Assembly (NCBI GenBank): GCA_041690135.1 | Contig: JAWLHY010000011.1 | Location: 1-64,000 of the forward strand | Reading direction: 5' to 3' | Source of the DNA: Armatimonadota bacterium | GTDB taxonomy: Bacteria > Armatimonadota > SYMT01 | DNA length: 64,000 nt | Part shown: positions 48,917-59,167 of the stretch, piece after piece | Layout: each line of letters begins with the position of its first letter | Position numbering within the stretch: the first letter of the stretch is position 1 | Notes under the pieces: generated by a model | What the model was told of the DNA's origin: nothing | What the model saw: the letters and a program-made list of their open reading frames with translations, nothing else | Databases searched by the model: none | Translations under genes and position numbers: made by a program

Positions 48917-49588
48917 ATGGGGCTGCTGCAAGTTTCGGAGATCGATTGCGACGCGCTGCTGTTCGACCTGGATGGGACGCTGGTCGACTCGACGGAGGTG
49001 GTGGAGCGGTTGTGGCGGGAGTGGGCCGCGCGGTTCTCCCTGGACGCGGAAGAGATCCTGGCGGTGTCGCATGGACGGCGGGCCGAGGAAATCATGCGCC
49101 TGGTGCTGCCGGATCTTCCCAACCCGGCCGAAGAAGCCGCCGCGCGGATCCGCCAGGAGGAAGAACAGACGGAAGGGCTGGTGCCGATCCCCGGCGCCCC
49201 GGCCCTGCTCGAGAGCCTTCCGCCGGACCGGTGGGCGGTTTTCACTTCCTGTACCGGTCGGCTTGCCGAGGTGCGGCTAACCAGCGTCGGGCTGCCGGTG
49301 CCTGCGGTGCTGATCACCGCCGACGCGGTCGATCGCGGGAAGCCCGACCCGGAAGGATTTCTTCGGGCCGCGCGTGAGTTGGGCTGGGAGCCGCGCCGGT
49401 GCGTGGTGGTGGAGGATGCCCGCGCCGGGGTCGAGGCGGGCCACGCGGCGGGAATGAAAGTGGTGGGCGTGACCACCACGCTCCCCGCGGAGGTGCTCCG
49501 CGCCGACATACACGTTCCGGATCTCAAAAGCGTTCGGGTCGATCGTGGTGAGCGGTTGACGCTCCGGATCGACCCGCGAGGAGGATAG
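48917..49588 (+). CDS. HAD-IA sugar phosphatase (YfbT-like)
   Basis: LFDLDGTLVDS, GKPDPEGF and VVEDA motifs; start uncertain (48884 or 48917). Confidence 0.88.
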   Translation: MGLLQVSEIDCDALLFDLDGTLVDSTEVVERLWREWAARFSLDAEEILAVSHGRRAEEIMRLVLPDLPNPAEEAAARIRQEEEQTEGLVPIPGAPALLESLPPDRWAVFTSCTGRLAEVRLTSVGLPVPAVLITADAVDRGKPDPEGFLRAARELGWEPRRCVVVEDARAGVEAGHAAGMKVVGVTTTLPAEVLRADIHVPDLKSVRVDRGERLTLRIDPRGG

Positions 49589-49592
49589 ACCC

Positions 49593-50624
49593 ATGGCGGT
49601 ATCAGCTACCACCAACCGGCGGATCGTCCTGGCCGAGCGTCCCACGGGTGCGCCCACGGACGCGAACTTCCGCATGGAAGAGAGCCGCATCCCCAGCCCC
49701 GGCGAGGGGGAGGTGCTCTTGCGCACGCTCTATCTTTCCCTGGACCCTTACATGCGGGGTCGCATGAGCGATGCGCCCTCCTACGCCGAGCCGGTCCCGG
49801 TGGGGGGCGTGATGGAGGGCGGCACGGTCAGTCGCGTGGAAGCTTCGCGCCACCCCGATTACCGGGAGGGAGACCTGGTGGTGAGCTACTCCGGGTGGCA
49901 GGATTACGCCCTTTCGGACGGCTCCGGCCTGGTGAAGCTCGATCCGGCGATGCCGCGCCTTTCCTACGCGCTGGGGGTGCTGGGCATGCCGGGCTTTACC
50001 GCCTATATGGGCCTGCTCGACATCGGGGAGCCCCAGGCCGGGGAGACGGTCTCCGTGGCGGCGGCAACCGGGGCGGTCGGGTCCGTGGTGGGGCAGATCG
50101 CCCGGCTCAAGGGTTGTCGGGTGGTGGGGATCGCCGGCGGCCCGGAGAAGTGTGCCTATGCGGAAGCGGAGCTGGGTTTCGATGCCTGCATCGATCATCG
50201 CAGCCCCGACTTCCCGCAGCGATTGGCCGAGGCGTGCCCGCGGGGTATCGACGTCTACTTTGAGAACGTCGGCGGCGCGGTGTTCGACGCGGTGCTTCCC
50301 CTGCTGAACCCTAAGGCGCGGGTGCCGGTATGCGGCCTGATCTCCCAGTACAACGCGGAGCGCCTTCCCGAGGGCCCGGACCGCACCCCGCTGGTGATGC
50401 GGGCGATCCTCACGAAGCGCCTCAAGTTCCAGGGCTTCATCATCTTCAGCGACTACGGCGACCGCTTCGACGAGTTCCTGGCGCAGATGAGCACCTGGGT
50501 GGCGGAAGGGAAGATCCGCTACCGGGAAGACGTGGTCGAAGGGCTGGAAAATGCCCCCCGCGCCTTCATGGGTCTGCTCGAAGGCCGCAACTTCGGAAAA
50601 CTGGTTGTGCGGGTCAGTGAGTGA
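49593..50624 (+). CDS. curA: NADP-dependent oxidoreductase (CurA/YncB, PTGR-like)
   Basis: YLSLDPYMRGRM, LGMPGFTAY, AATGAVGS, IDVYFENVGG and GRNFGKLVV motifs. Confidence 0.9.
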   Translation: MAVSATTNRRIVLAERPTGAPTDANFRMEESRIPSPGEGEVLLRTLYLSLDPYMRGRMSDAPSYAEPVPVGGVMEGGTVSRVEASRHPDYREGDLVVSYSGWQDYALSDGSGLVKLDPAMPRLSYALGVLGMPGFTAYMGLLDIGEPQAGETVSVAAATGAVGSVVGQIARLKGCRVVGIAGGPEKCAYAEAELGFDACIDHRSPDFPQRLAEACPRGIDVYFENVGGAVFDAVLPLLNPKARVPVCGLISQYNAERLPEGPDRTPLVMRAILTKRLKFQGFIIFSDYGDRFDEFLAQMSTWVAEGKIRYREDVVEGLENAPRAFMGLLEGRNFGKLVVRVSE

Positions 50625-50659
50625 ACCCAGCGCGTGACCTTGGGGCCCGTCTCACCCCT

Positions 50660-50875
50660 GGCTGGTAGTCAAGCGCTTTAGCGCTGTTCGCATTCGCGAT
50701 GGGGGATCCGGTACCCGTACCCAGGCGGACCGCGAACAATGCTGGCGGCCGTAGCGCAGAGCACGCGCTGTTAGCAAATCCGCGAGCACCCTGTGAGCAC
50801 AGTGAGAGGCATCTGTGCAGAGCAGGTCCCGTTAACGAGATCGCAAGCACGCGGGCTCAAGCCCGCTACTACAAG
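50660..50875. repeat. REP-like palindromes
   Basis: GGCTGGTAGTCAAGCGCTTTAGCGCTGTTCGCA (as at 18341 and 18422) and GCGGGCTCAAGCCCGCTACTAC. Confidence 0.6.
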
Positions 50876-51515
50876 CCGGTTAGGTCGGGTGAACCACCGG
50901 CTTCCGGAACCGCACCAGATCGCCCACGCAGGCACTATCCTGGGTGATGTGGGGAGACTCCACCGCCGTCTTGTATACCCAACGGGCGCCCACGGAGGCT
51001 TGTGCCCGGGCCGGGCATCCTTCGGGTGGCGCTTGCGGGTGTGGGTGTGGGCAGCGTGTTGTACTCAAGCTCGACCGTTTAGGGTCGGGACGAGGCGCGT
51101 CACGGCCTTTCGGCGGGCAGGGAGATCGGGGTGCCTCGCGGCGGCGGATTCGGCGCATCCCGACGCGGGGTGCGTTCCTGGCGCGGGCCGGGAATGGGAA
51201 TACAGCACACGCAGCCCGTCAGGCTGGTGACCATCAGCGCCAGCAGGCCAACGACAACGACTCGACGCACGGTTGACTCTCCGCTCGGGACCGGGCACAG
51301 CCCACACAATTCGGGGTCGTGGTGAGCGGGATGCTCCTGGGGCACCGTGGCGCCCGCACGCGACCCTACCCCCAGTAACCTTCCCGGCCGGCAAAGCCTC
51401 CAAACACCGCACGGGGTGGGCAACTCCGGGTCGGAGTTCTTCTCCGGAGCCGACAACCTTTAACAAAACCGGTGACCACGGCGGTAAAGTGAGTCGTTCT
51501 ACCGGAGAGGTCACG

Positions 51516-52826
51516 TTGAACGCTGTCGCTACGCATACCGCACCACCCCAACCGCCCCTGGCACACCAACCCTGGAAGACTCGGTTCTATCTCATCTGGG
51601 CCGGCCAGGCGCTCTCGCTCGTCGGGAGCGCCCTGACGCAGTTCGTCCTGCTTTGGTGGATCACGCAGACCACCGGGTCCGCGGGCGCGCTCGCCACGGC
51701 CGGGATCATGGCCCTTCTCCCGCTGGCCCTGTTCAGCCCCCTGGGTGGCACACTGGCGGACCGCTACAGCCGCCGGGCGATCATGATCGTCGCCGACACG
51801 ATCACCGCGCTGTGTATGGTGGCCATCATCACGCTCTTCGCCACGGGCCGGGTGCAACTCTGGCACATCTACACGCTCATGTTCGTGCGCAGCACGATGC
51901 AGACGTTCCAGAGCCCGGCGGCCACGGCGAGCACCAGTATGCTGGTGCCCGCGGAAAAGCTGACCCACGCGGCGGGGCTGAGCCAGACGGTCCAGGGCCT
52001 GATGAGCATCGCCGCGGCGCCCCTGGGCGCGGTGGCCCTCGCCTGGCTGCCGCTCCAGGGAGCTCTCGCGATCGACGTGGTCACCGCGATCCTCGGTATC
52101 GTACCGCTGCTGTTCTACCGGATTCCGCAGGTCTACACCGCTCGGGAGACGCGCCAGAGCCTTTGGCAGGAGTTCCGGGCCGGTACGCAGGTGGTGCTGA
52201 GCCACCGCGGGCTCACCATTCTCTACGCGCTCCAGGCGCTGATGATCCTGATCGTCATTCCGACCTTCACCCTCACGCCTCTGCTGGTTCAGCGCCATTT
52301 TTCGGGCGGGGTCAACGAGGTGGCGATGATGGAGGGGTTCGCCGGGATCGGGATGCTAGCGGGCGGCGCGTTCATCAGTGTCTACCCGCTGTTCCGCCGC
52401 CGGATCGTCACCGTACTGGTGGCGTTCGCCGTTTCCTGCGCGTCCGTCGCCTTTGCGGCCGTGGCGCCCGGCGACCGGATCTGGCTGGGGGTGTTCTGGT
52501 GGTTCGTAAGCGGCGCGACCTACTCGATCGGGAATGCGCCGCTGCTGGCCGTTCTGCAAACCATCATCCCCAACGTGGCGCAGGGGCGAGCCCTCTCCCT
52601 TTTCAATATGCTGGTCGGGATTACGGGGCCGCTCGGGCTCGCGCTGGCCGCACCCCTAGGACAGGCGCTGGGGGTGCAGGTCCTCTTTATCGGCGCCGGG
52701 GCGCTTTCCGCCGTCGTGTGCCTGCTTGGGTTCTTTTCCACCAGCCTGATGCGGATCGAGGAAGTGCCCGTGGAGCTTCCCGCCGGGATGCACCCGCAGC
52801 CCGCCGGCAGCCCGGTCTGCGGGTGA
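51516..52826 (+). CDS. MFS efflux transporter (DHA3, MefA-like)
   Basis: WKTRFYLIWAGQALSLVGSALTQF and GTLADRYSRR motifs; TTG start with GGAGAGG RBS. Confidence 0.88.
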   Translation: MNAVATHTAPPQPPLAHQPWKTRFYLIWAGQALSLVGSALTQFVLLWWITQTTGSAGALATAGIMALLPLALFSPLGGTLADRYSRRAIMIVADTITALCMVAIITLFATGRVQLWHIYTLMFVRSTMQTFQSPAATASTSMLVPAEKLTHAAGLSQTVQGLMSIAAAPLGAVALAWLPLQGALAIDVVTAILGIVPLLFYRIPQVYTARETRQSLWQEFRAGTQVVLSHRGLTILYALQALMILIVIPTFTLTPLLVQRHFSGGVNEVAMMEGFAGIGMLAGGAFISVYPLFRRRIVTVLVAFAVSCASVAFAAVAPGDRIWLGVFWWFVSGATYSIGNAPLLAVLQTIIPNVAQGRALSLFNMLVGITGPLGLALAAPLGQALGVQVLFIGAGALSAVVCLLGFFSTSLMRIEEVPVELPAGMHPQPAGSPVCG

Positions 52827-52906
52827 CGCGGCATAGAAGCGTAGCCAGTTCGACTACTTCAAGCGTCCCTTCTGGCCAGAGGCACTGCCTTTGAAATCGC
52901 ACCGCT

Positions 52907-52957
52907 GTAGGGCGGATTCTCCGTCACCGCCTGGCTTTGTTTTCGCACCGGTCCTAC
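52907..52957. repeat. GTAG-type REP-like repeat, second copy at 56288-56340
   Basis: GTAGGGCGGATTCTCCGTCACCGCCTGGCTTTG versus GTAGGGCGGAAAGCTCCGTCACCGCCTGGCCTTG; both lie between convergent genes. Confidence 0.7.
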
Positions 52958-53020
52958 CGTGTGCTGCCAAATCCGGCGCTCTACGCCAGACAGATGCGCC
53001 ACTGCATGGTTGGTGGCCGA

Positions 53021-53914
53021 CTATCGCGGCTGCACCGCTTCCGTCGGGGACGGCTGATCCAGGGTGGCCAGGAGATTACGCTCGATCGTCTGGCTGATCT
53101 GCTCCAGGGGCAGGTCGTTGTCATCGTCGCCGAAGGGGTCCTCGATCTGGACACCGATCGCTTCGATCCCGAAGAAGATGAACGACACCACCAGTGTGTC
53201 CAGCACCGTCACCCAGCCGAACGGCTCCAGCAGCGCAAACGGCAGGGTCGCGCAGTAAAGCAGCAGCGCACGGCGCAGGTGGACGACATAGGCATAGGGC
53301 AGAGGGGTCTTGTGGATCCGCTCGCACACACCAAGGTAGTCCACCAGTAGCTGGACGTTCTTATCCAGCATCGCGGCCAAGTAGTCGGATAGGTGCCCCT
53401 CCCGGTGGGCGCGCGCAATCGTCTCGCTGATGCGGATGGTTACGGCCAGCGGGATGTGCTCCGCCTGGGCCACCGCCATTACCTGGTCTTGCGGCAGCCG
53501 GGTGGAAGAAGGACTCAATCCCTTCGTGCCCCGGAGGCTGTGCATCGCGGTATAGGGAAAGCAAGCGGTCCAGAGCACCGCCTGCTCGCACAGATCCTTC
53601 CGCCCGGGTAGCCACGCACGCAGTCCGCGGGCGAGGTTGCGCGTCTCGTTCACGATCCCGCCCCAGGCCTTGCGGCCCTCCCAGAAGCGGTCGTAAGAGG
53701 CATTCGTGCGGAAGACCAGCAGGAGGCTGAGCGCCACGCCTACGAGGGAGTGCAGTGTGCTGGGAATGGCGAGCGGCTGGATGTATTCGTGGATCCCGAC
53801 CACGGCGGCCGACCACAGGACGAGCAGGATGACCCGTCCGGTGATCTCTTTGACCAGCGAGCCCTTGATATCGAAGAGGTGGTCCAGCCACTTGTGGGCG
53901 TCGTATTCAATCAT
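53021..53914 (-). CDS. Bestrophin-family channel (YneE-like)
   Basis: LLLVFRTNASYDRFWEGRKAWG, CERIHKTPLPYAY and IEDPFGDDDNDLPL motifs. Confidence 0.93.
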   Translation of the reverse strand: MIEYDAHKWLDHLFDIKGSLVKEITGRVILLVLWSAAVVGIHEYIQPLAIPSTLHSLVGVALSLLLVFRTNASYDRFWEGRKAWGGIVNETRNLARGLRAWLPGRKDLCEQAVLWTACFPYTAMHSLRGTKGLSPSSTRLPQDQVMAVAQAEHIPLAVTIRISETIARAHREGHLSDYLAAMLDKNVQLLVDYLGVCERIHKTPLPYAYVVHLRRALLLYCATLPFALLEPFGWVTVLDTLVVSFIFFGIEAIGVQIEDPFGDDDNDLPLEQISQTIERNLLATLDQPSPTEAVQPR

Positions 53915-54063
53915 GCAGAGGTTTCCCGAAGGGAACTGTATCACGGCTCCGCGATCTCTCCGGCCGGCAAGGGCTTTGGGCCAGCGGCGCCGAATGCTAC
54001 TACGCGGGAAATGCGCGGCTTCGTTCAAGAGGCCGCGGATCTCGCGGATGGGACCTGTAGTTT

Positions 54064-55344
54064 ATGGGAACGGCGACTCTCAACGACGAGCAGCAGCCGG
54101 AAGTGCCCGAGGCCGCCTCCGTACCCCCGAAGGACCCGCCGGAGTTCTACCGCCAGGGCGCGGTACTGGCGGCGGGATGGCTGGCGACCAACCTGGGGCT
54201 GCAGATCGCCACGCTGCCGCTCAAGTTCGTGCTCAAGGATGAGCTGCTGCTCACCACCGCGGCGGTCTCCAGCTTCTTCGCCATCGGCCACTTCAGCAAC
54301 TACGTCAAGCCCCTGGCGGGGGTGATGACGGACAGCATCCCCCTGTGCGGCACCCGCCGCCGGCACTACCTCCTCTTCAGCCTGCTCGCGACCGGAATCT
54401 TCTGGGTCCTGCTGAGCCTGGTTCCCCGGCAATACGGTTGGATGCTCCCCGTGTACACCGTGATGTACATCGGCGTAGTGTTCACCAGCAGCACCCTGGG
54501 CGGGGTGATGGTTGAAGCGGGCGCGCGGTTCCGGGCGGCCGGGCGTCTCACGGCGCAGCGCATCGGGATGTTCAAGGTCGCGGAGCTCGCCGGAGGGCCG
54601 CTCGGCGGGTACCTGGCCACGTTCCCCTTCGTCGTGCCGGCATGCCTGGGGGCGGTCCTCCACCTCCTGCTGATCCCGTTCCTGATGCGCTTCCTGCCCA
54701 AGGAGCCGCCCGCGAAGCTGGACCGCAGCGTGTGGGTGGAAGTGGCCCGCCAGGGGAAGGTTCTTATCTCCAGCCGTACCCTGCTCGGCGCCGCGGGCAT
54801 GATCTTCCTGCTGGCCGCATCGCCGGGGATGAACACGCCGCTGTTCTTCTACCAGACCAACGTCCTCCATTTCCCGCGGGAGTTCGTCGGCTTTCTCTCC
54901 CTCGTCGGCGCCCTGGCCGGAATGACGGCGGCGACGATCTACTACCATGCCTGCCGTCGCTATAACCTCCGGACGCTCGTGGCGGCGAGTATCGTCATCC
55001 ACACGCTGGGCGGGCTTTGCTACCTGGGCTATGTATCCCGGGAGACCGCCATCCTGATCACCGCCATCAACGGCATGTCCAACACCATGGCGATGCTGCC
55101 GGTTTACGACATCGCTACCCGCGCCACCCCTCGCGGCAGTGAAGCGATCGGCTACGCCGTGATGATGAGCATGTGGAACCTCACCAACGCCCTCTCGGAC
55201 CTGACCGGTTCCCTTATCTTCGACGCGCTCCACCGCACCCTGGCGCCGCTGGTCTGGATCGATGCCGGCACGACGCTGCTGGTCCTCTTCGCCGTCCCCT
55301 TCATGCCCAAAGCCCTGAGCACTCGCGAGGACCAGTTGGCCTGA
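54064..55344 (+). CDS. MFS transporter, BT1/folate-biopterin-like
   Basis: KPLAGVMTDSIPLCGTRRRHYL and PRGSEAIGYA motifs; about 12 TM. Confidence 0.82.
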   Translation: MGTATLNDEQQPEVPEAASVPPKDPPEFYRQGAVLAAGWLATNLGLQIATLPLKFVLKDELLLTTAAVSSFFAIGHFSNYVKPLAGVMTDSIPLCGTRRRHYLLFSLLATGIFWVLLSLVPRQYGWMLPVYTVMYIGVVFTSSTLGGVMVEAGARFRAAGRLTAQRIGMFKVAELAGGPLGGYLATFPFVVPACLGAVLHLLLIPFLMRFLPKEPPAKLDRSVWVEVARQGKVLISSRTLLGAAGMIFLLAASPGMNTPLFFYQTNVLHFPREFVGFLSLVGALAGMTAATIYYHACRRYNLRTLVAASIVIHTLGGLCYLGYVSRETAILITAINGMSNTMAMLPVYDIATRATPRGSEAIGYAVMMSMWNLTNALSDLTGSLIFDALHRTLAPLVWIDAGTTLLVLFAVPFMPKALSTREDQLA

Positions 55345-55430
55345 CAACACTTGAATGTCATCGGTTGACGCAGGAAGTATTGACGGATAGCATGCGGTTG
55401 TCTGCTCCGAAGCACGGAGAGGAGGTCCGG

Positions 55431-56174
55431 ATGAGCGTTGCAGTAGAGCCCGTCCATTACCCGGAATCGGATGGGAAGCCCATGGCCGAAACCGACGTCC
55501 ATCGGGACGAAATGGTCTATTTCATCGAGGCGCTGCGAGAGCACTTCCGCGATCGGGAGGCGTACGTATCAGGCAACCTTCTCCTCTACTACGTGGAAGG
55601 CGACCCCAAGAAATGCGTTTCGCCGGACTGCCTGGTGGCCTTCGACCGTCCCGCCGGGCGTCGACGCATCTACAAGACGTGGGAAGAGGGCAAAGTCCCG
55701 GACGTCGTGATCGAAGTGACCTCCTCCAGCACGCGTAGGGAAGACCAGGTCACCAAGCGCAGCCTGTACGCGCGCCTCGGTGTCCGTGAATTGTGGCTGG
55801 TGGACCCGCTCGGGGATTACCTGCGAGCACCCTTCCGGGGATACCGCCTGGAGGGCGGAGACTGGCAAGAGATTCCGGTCGAACGCGGCCAGGCTCGCAG
55901 CCCTCTGCTGGGCCTGGACTTCCGCGTGACGGAAGATGGGGTGCGTCTGTACGACCCGGCGCGGGACCGTTTCCTGCCCTCCCCGGCTGACCTTGCCAAC
56001 CAGTTACGGTATGCCTCGGCGGAGTTGCAGCAGACGTCGGCGGAGTTGCAGCAGACCTCCGAGCACCTGCGTGAAACGGAGGCGGCGCTCCGGGCGCGCG
56101 AAGAGGAGAACGCGCGCCTGCGCGCCCTCCTCGCGAGATTGCAGCAGCAGGGGAGCGCACAGGAAGACCGGTAA
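55431..56174 (+). CDS. Uma2-family (DUF820) endonuclease-like protein with a coiled-coil tail
   Basis: YPESDGKPMAE, VSPD, PDVVIEVTSSST and YARLGVRELWLVDP motifs; 21-bp tandem repeat 56016-56057. Confidence 0.92.
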   Translation: MSVAVEPVHYPESDGKPMAETDVHRDEMVYFIEALREHFRDREAYVSGNLLLYYVEGDPKKCVSPDCLVAFDRPAGRRRIYKTWEEGKVPDVVIEVTSSSTRREDQVTKRSLYARLGVRELWLVDPLGDYLRAPFRGYRLEGGDWQEIPVERGQARSPLLGLDFRVTEDGVRLYDPARDRFLPSPADLANQLRYASAELQQTSAELQQTSEHLRETEAALRAREEENARLRALLARLQQQGSAQEDR

Positions 56175-56375
56175 TCGAGTCTTGCCGGTGCACTCCTCCT
56201 GGCGCAGCCGAGAAGCAGGGCACAGGTAGGGAACGTCTCACTGTTTGTCTGGGCAATAAGACGGGCTCCGTCCTTGCACCTGCAAAAGTAGGGCGGAAAG
56301 CTCCGTCACCGCCTGGCCTTGGACTCGCACCCGTCCTGACTGCTCGGTTTCTCCCACGCACCACGTAACCCCAGC

Positions 56376-57101
56376 TCAGCCCCGCCGGTGCAGCAACGGC
56401 CCGGTCAGGTCGGAGAGGCGCAGCCGCTGCCTCCCTTCGGAATCGAAGTTCTCCGGGTCCAGCCACTGCCGGAATGCCGCGTCCAGGGCGGGCCAGTCGC
56501 GGTCGATTACCGCGTACCAGGCGGTATCGCGGTTCCGACCCTTGTACACCGTTGCCTGGCGGAAAATGCCCTCGAACGAGAAGCCGAGGCGCTGGGCGGC
56601 CGCGCGGGAAGGCTCGTTCAGGCTGTCACACTTCCACTCGTAGCGCCGGTAGCCCAGGTCGAACGCCTGCCGCATCATCAGGTACATCGCCTCGGTTGCC
56701 ACCGGCGTCCGCTGCAGGCGCGGCGAATAGTGCAAGTGCCCCACCTCGAGCGAACCGCTCGCCGGGCTGATGCGCAGATAACTTGCCACCCCCACCGGAG
56801 CGCCCGTCGCGGTCTCCACGATGGCGTGGAAGAGCGGATCCTCTCCCAGGCAGGTGGACCGCATCCAGCCGAGGTAAGCCTCTCCGGTTGGAAAGGGACC
56901 GTACGGCAGGTAGGTCCAGCTACGGCCCTCCGTGTCTTCCCGTGCGGCCTCCCAAAGCCCTGCGGCGTGCCGGTCGAGATCCAGTGCTTCCACCCGGCAA
57001 TAACGCCCCTCCATCGCCTCCCGCGGCGGCAGCGGGGGAGGCGACCACCCTTCCATCGGCAATCCCACCCGCTGCCCCAGCTCATTCAACCGGCTATCCA
57101 C
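56376..57101 (-). CDS. GNAT/RimJ-like N-acetyltransferase
   Basis: GYRRYEWKCDSLNEPSRAAAQRLGFSFEGIFRQ and RNRDTAWY motifs. Confidence 0.92.
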   Translation of the reverse strand: MDSRLNELGQRVGLPMEGWSPPPLPPREAMEGRYCRVEALDLDRHAAGLWEAAREDTEGRSWTYLPYGPFPTGEAYLGWMRSTCLGEDPLFHAIVETATGAPVGVASYLRISPASGSLEVGHLHYSPRLQRTPVATEAMYLMMRQAFDLGYRRYEWKCDSLNEPSRAAAQRLGFSFEGIFRQATVYKGRNRDTAWYAVIDRDWPALDAAFRQWLDPENFDSEGRQRLRLSDLTGPLLHRRG

Positions 57102-57143
57102 CCTTGTATCCTCCCTACATCCACGAAAACTGGACGAATGCAG

Positions 57144-57190
57144 GTTAACACGTGTAAAACTTCCTCAGCCATGGCTTTAACACGTGTTAG
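57144..57190. promoter_or_regulatory. Two LacI-type palindromic operators
   Basis: GTTAACACGTGTAAA (57144) and TTAACACGTGTTAG (57177), upstream of the LacI gene. Confidence 0.7.
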
Positions 57191-57273
57191 CTCTCATTTC
57201 TCCTGACGCTCCTGACGTCCCATTTGCGGCGTATGCCTTGGCGGTTCATTTCCGATCAGGATCTGCTTAAACG

Positions 57274-58332
57274 GTGCCCCCGAAGATCGACAGTTTTGCG
57301 GTAGCCCGGCGGGCCGGGGTATCGCGGACCACCGTTTCCCACGTGCTCAACGACCGGCGGGACATCGCGATCGCGGAGAGCACGCGGGCGCGGGTGCTGG
57401 CGGTGGCGGCGGAGTTGGGGTATCGGCCCAACGCTGTGGCCCGCAGCCTGGTCCGGGGCCGCACGCGCACCCTTGGGGTCATCGTGCCGGCGCTCAGCCT
57501 CAACCTGGTAGGGCGGATGGTGAACGGCATCCAGGACGCCTGCGACCGGCACGATTTCCGCCTGCTGGTGGCCCAGGGCCGGGGGGAGCCGGATCTCGAG
57601 CGCGCGCAGGGGAGCCTCCTACTGGAGCACCGGGTCGAAGGGCTGATCTGCCTCCCCGGCCGTCACAGCGTCGAGCAAACCCGGAGGTGGCTTTCCGGGT
57701 TGGCCGATGAAGGAACGCCCTCCGTGCTGGTGGATGAACGGATCGCCGATCCCCGCATCGACTTCGTGCTCGGTGATGACGCAGGCGGCGCGGCGGCGAT
57801 GGTTCGTCACCTGCTGTCATTGGGGCACCGACGCATCGCCCACTTCTGCGGCAACCAGAGCGTGCGCATTGGCCAGGAGCGGCTTCAGGGCTACCGCATG
57901 GCCCTGCGGGAGAGCGGCCTTCCCATGGACGAAGCGCTCATCGTCCACTACTCGCTGGAAGAGGCCGGTATCGAGGTGGCGCTGGAGCAGGTGCTTTCTC
58001 TCGCCGAACCGCCGACAGCTCTTTTCGCCGCCAACGACTTCCTGGCGGCCAGCCTCTATCGCCTCCTGGTGCGTCGAGGCCTCCGGGTGCCGGAGGACAT
58101 GGCGGTCACCGGGTTCGGCGATGTCGGGGCCGCTTCGTCCTTGCGGCTCACTACGGTAAGTCATCCGGCCCGGGAGATGGGGGAGCAGGCCGCACTGCGG
58201 CTGTTCGCCCGCATTGAAGAACCCGGGCGGTCCGCGGAGGGCCTGGCCCTCCCCACGCAACTCATCATCCGTGAGACCTGCGGCGCGGCGCAGGCATCTT
58301 CACGCTCCGGCGTCCCCGGAAGGGCTGCTTGA
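57274..58332 (+). CDS. LacI-family regulator
   Basis: [29 protein letters not shown] and [14 protein letters not shown] motifs. Confidence 0.95.
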   Translation: MPPKIDSFAVARRAGVSRTTVSHVLNDRRDIAIAESTRARVLAVAAELGYRPNAVARSLVRGRTRTLGVIVPALSLNLVGRMVNGIQDACDRHDFRLLVAQGRGEPDLERAQGSLLLEHRVEGLICLPGRHSVEQTRRWLSGLADEGTPSVLVDERIADPRIDFVLGDDAGGAAAMVRHLLSLGHRRIAHFCGNQSVRIGQERLQGYRMALRESGLPMDEALIVHYSLEEAGIEVALEQVLSLAEPPTALFAANDFLAASLYRLLVRRGLRVPEDMAVTGFGDVGAASSLRLTTVSHPAREMGEQAALRLFARIEEPGRSAEGLALPTQLIIRETCGAAQASSRSGVPGRAA

Positions 58333-58369
58333 AACGTGTCCACTCTCTTCTCTGCAAAGGAGCCGAGCC

Positions 58370-59149
58370 ATGAGCCGGAGACGTGGGTTTACACTGATCG
58401 AACTGCTGGTAGTGATTGCCATAATAGCCATTCTGGCTGCCATCCTGTTCCCCGTGTTTGCGCAGGCGCGCGACAAGGCGCGCCAGGCGACGTGCCAGAG
58501 CAACATGCGCCAGCTCGGCACGGCGATTTCGATGTACACGCAGGACTATGACGAGCTGTACCCGAAGACCCAGTCGGGGGCCATCTTGATCACCATCCGG
58601 CCGTATACGAAGAACAAGGACATCTGGAAGTGCGCCAGTCGCTCGGGGCAGTACCGCGTTTCCGATATCGCGGTCGGGGGGACGAGTACGATCCTGGAAG
58701 TCGCGGTGGTGGGCATCATGTGGAACAGCGACCTGTTCGGTGGTTTTGGCGGCAGCAGCCCGCGCTCTATCGCGGAGGCCCAGGAGCCGGCCGATACGGT
58801 GATGTTCATTGATAACGATGTCTCCGCGCCTCCATGCACCTCCCTGAACGTCACCGATCCGGCCTGCGCCGCCACGACCGCCCAACTGGGTCTCACGGCT
58901 TGCCAGGACGCGCGCCACGTGCAGGGTTGGAACACGCGTTGGGGGGTGCAGCCGATGCACAATAACTCCCGCATCGGCGCCAAGCACGCCGGGGGAGGCA
59001 ACTTCACGTTTGCGGACGGCCACGTCAAGTGGTTCAAGAGCCCGCCATCGGACTGCCGGAATTGGTCGCCCCGGATGGCGGCGGGCACCAACATCTTCAG
59101 CACTGCCGCTTGCCGGCCGTCCGGCCAGCCGGCCACCTGGTGTAACTGA
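58370..59149 (+). CDS. Prepilin-type DUF1559 protein with H-X9-DG motif
   Basis: [25 protein letters not shown] and [17 protein letters not shown] motifs; RBS AAGGAG. Confidence 0.93.
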   Translation: MSRRRGFTLIELLVVIAIIAILAAILFPVFAQARDKARQATCQSNMRQLGTAISMYTQDYDELYPKTQSGAILITIRPYTKNKDIWKCASRSGQYRVSDIAVGGTSTILEVAVVGIMWNSDLFGGFGGSSPRSIAEAQEPADTVMFIDNDVSAPPCTSLNVTDPACAATTAQLGLTACQDARHVQGWNTRWGVQPMHNNSRIGAKHAGGGNFTFADGHVKWFKSPPSDCRNWSPRMAAGTNIFSTAACRPSGQPATWCN

Positions 59150-59167
59150 GAATTGAGGGGATGCGGT

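Noticed and set aside
51000-51515. Riboswitch or leader peptide before the MefA-like MFS
   Set aside because: Long leader, but no motif I can recognise; would need an Rfam scan
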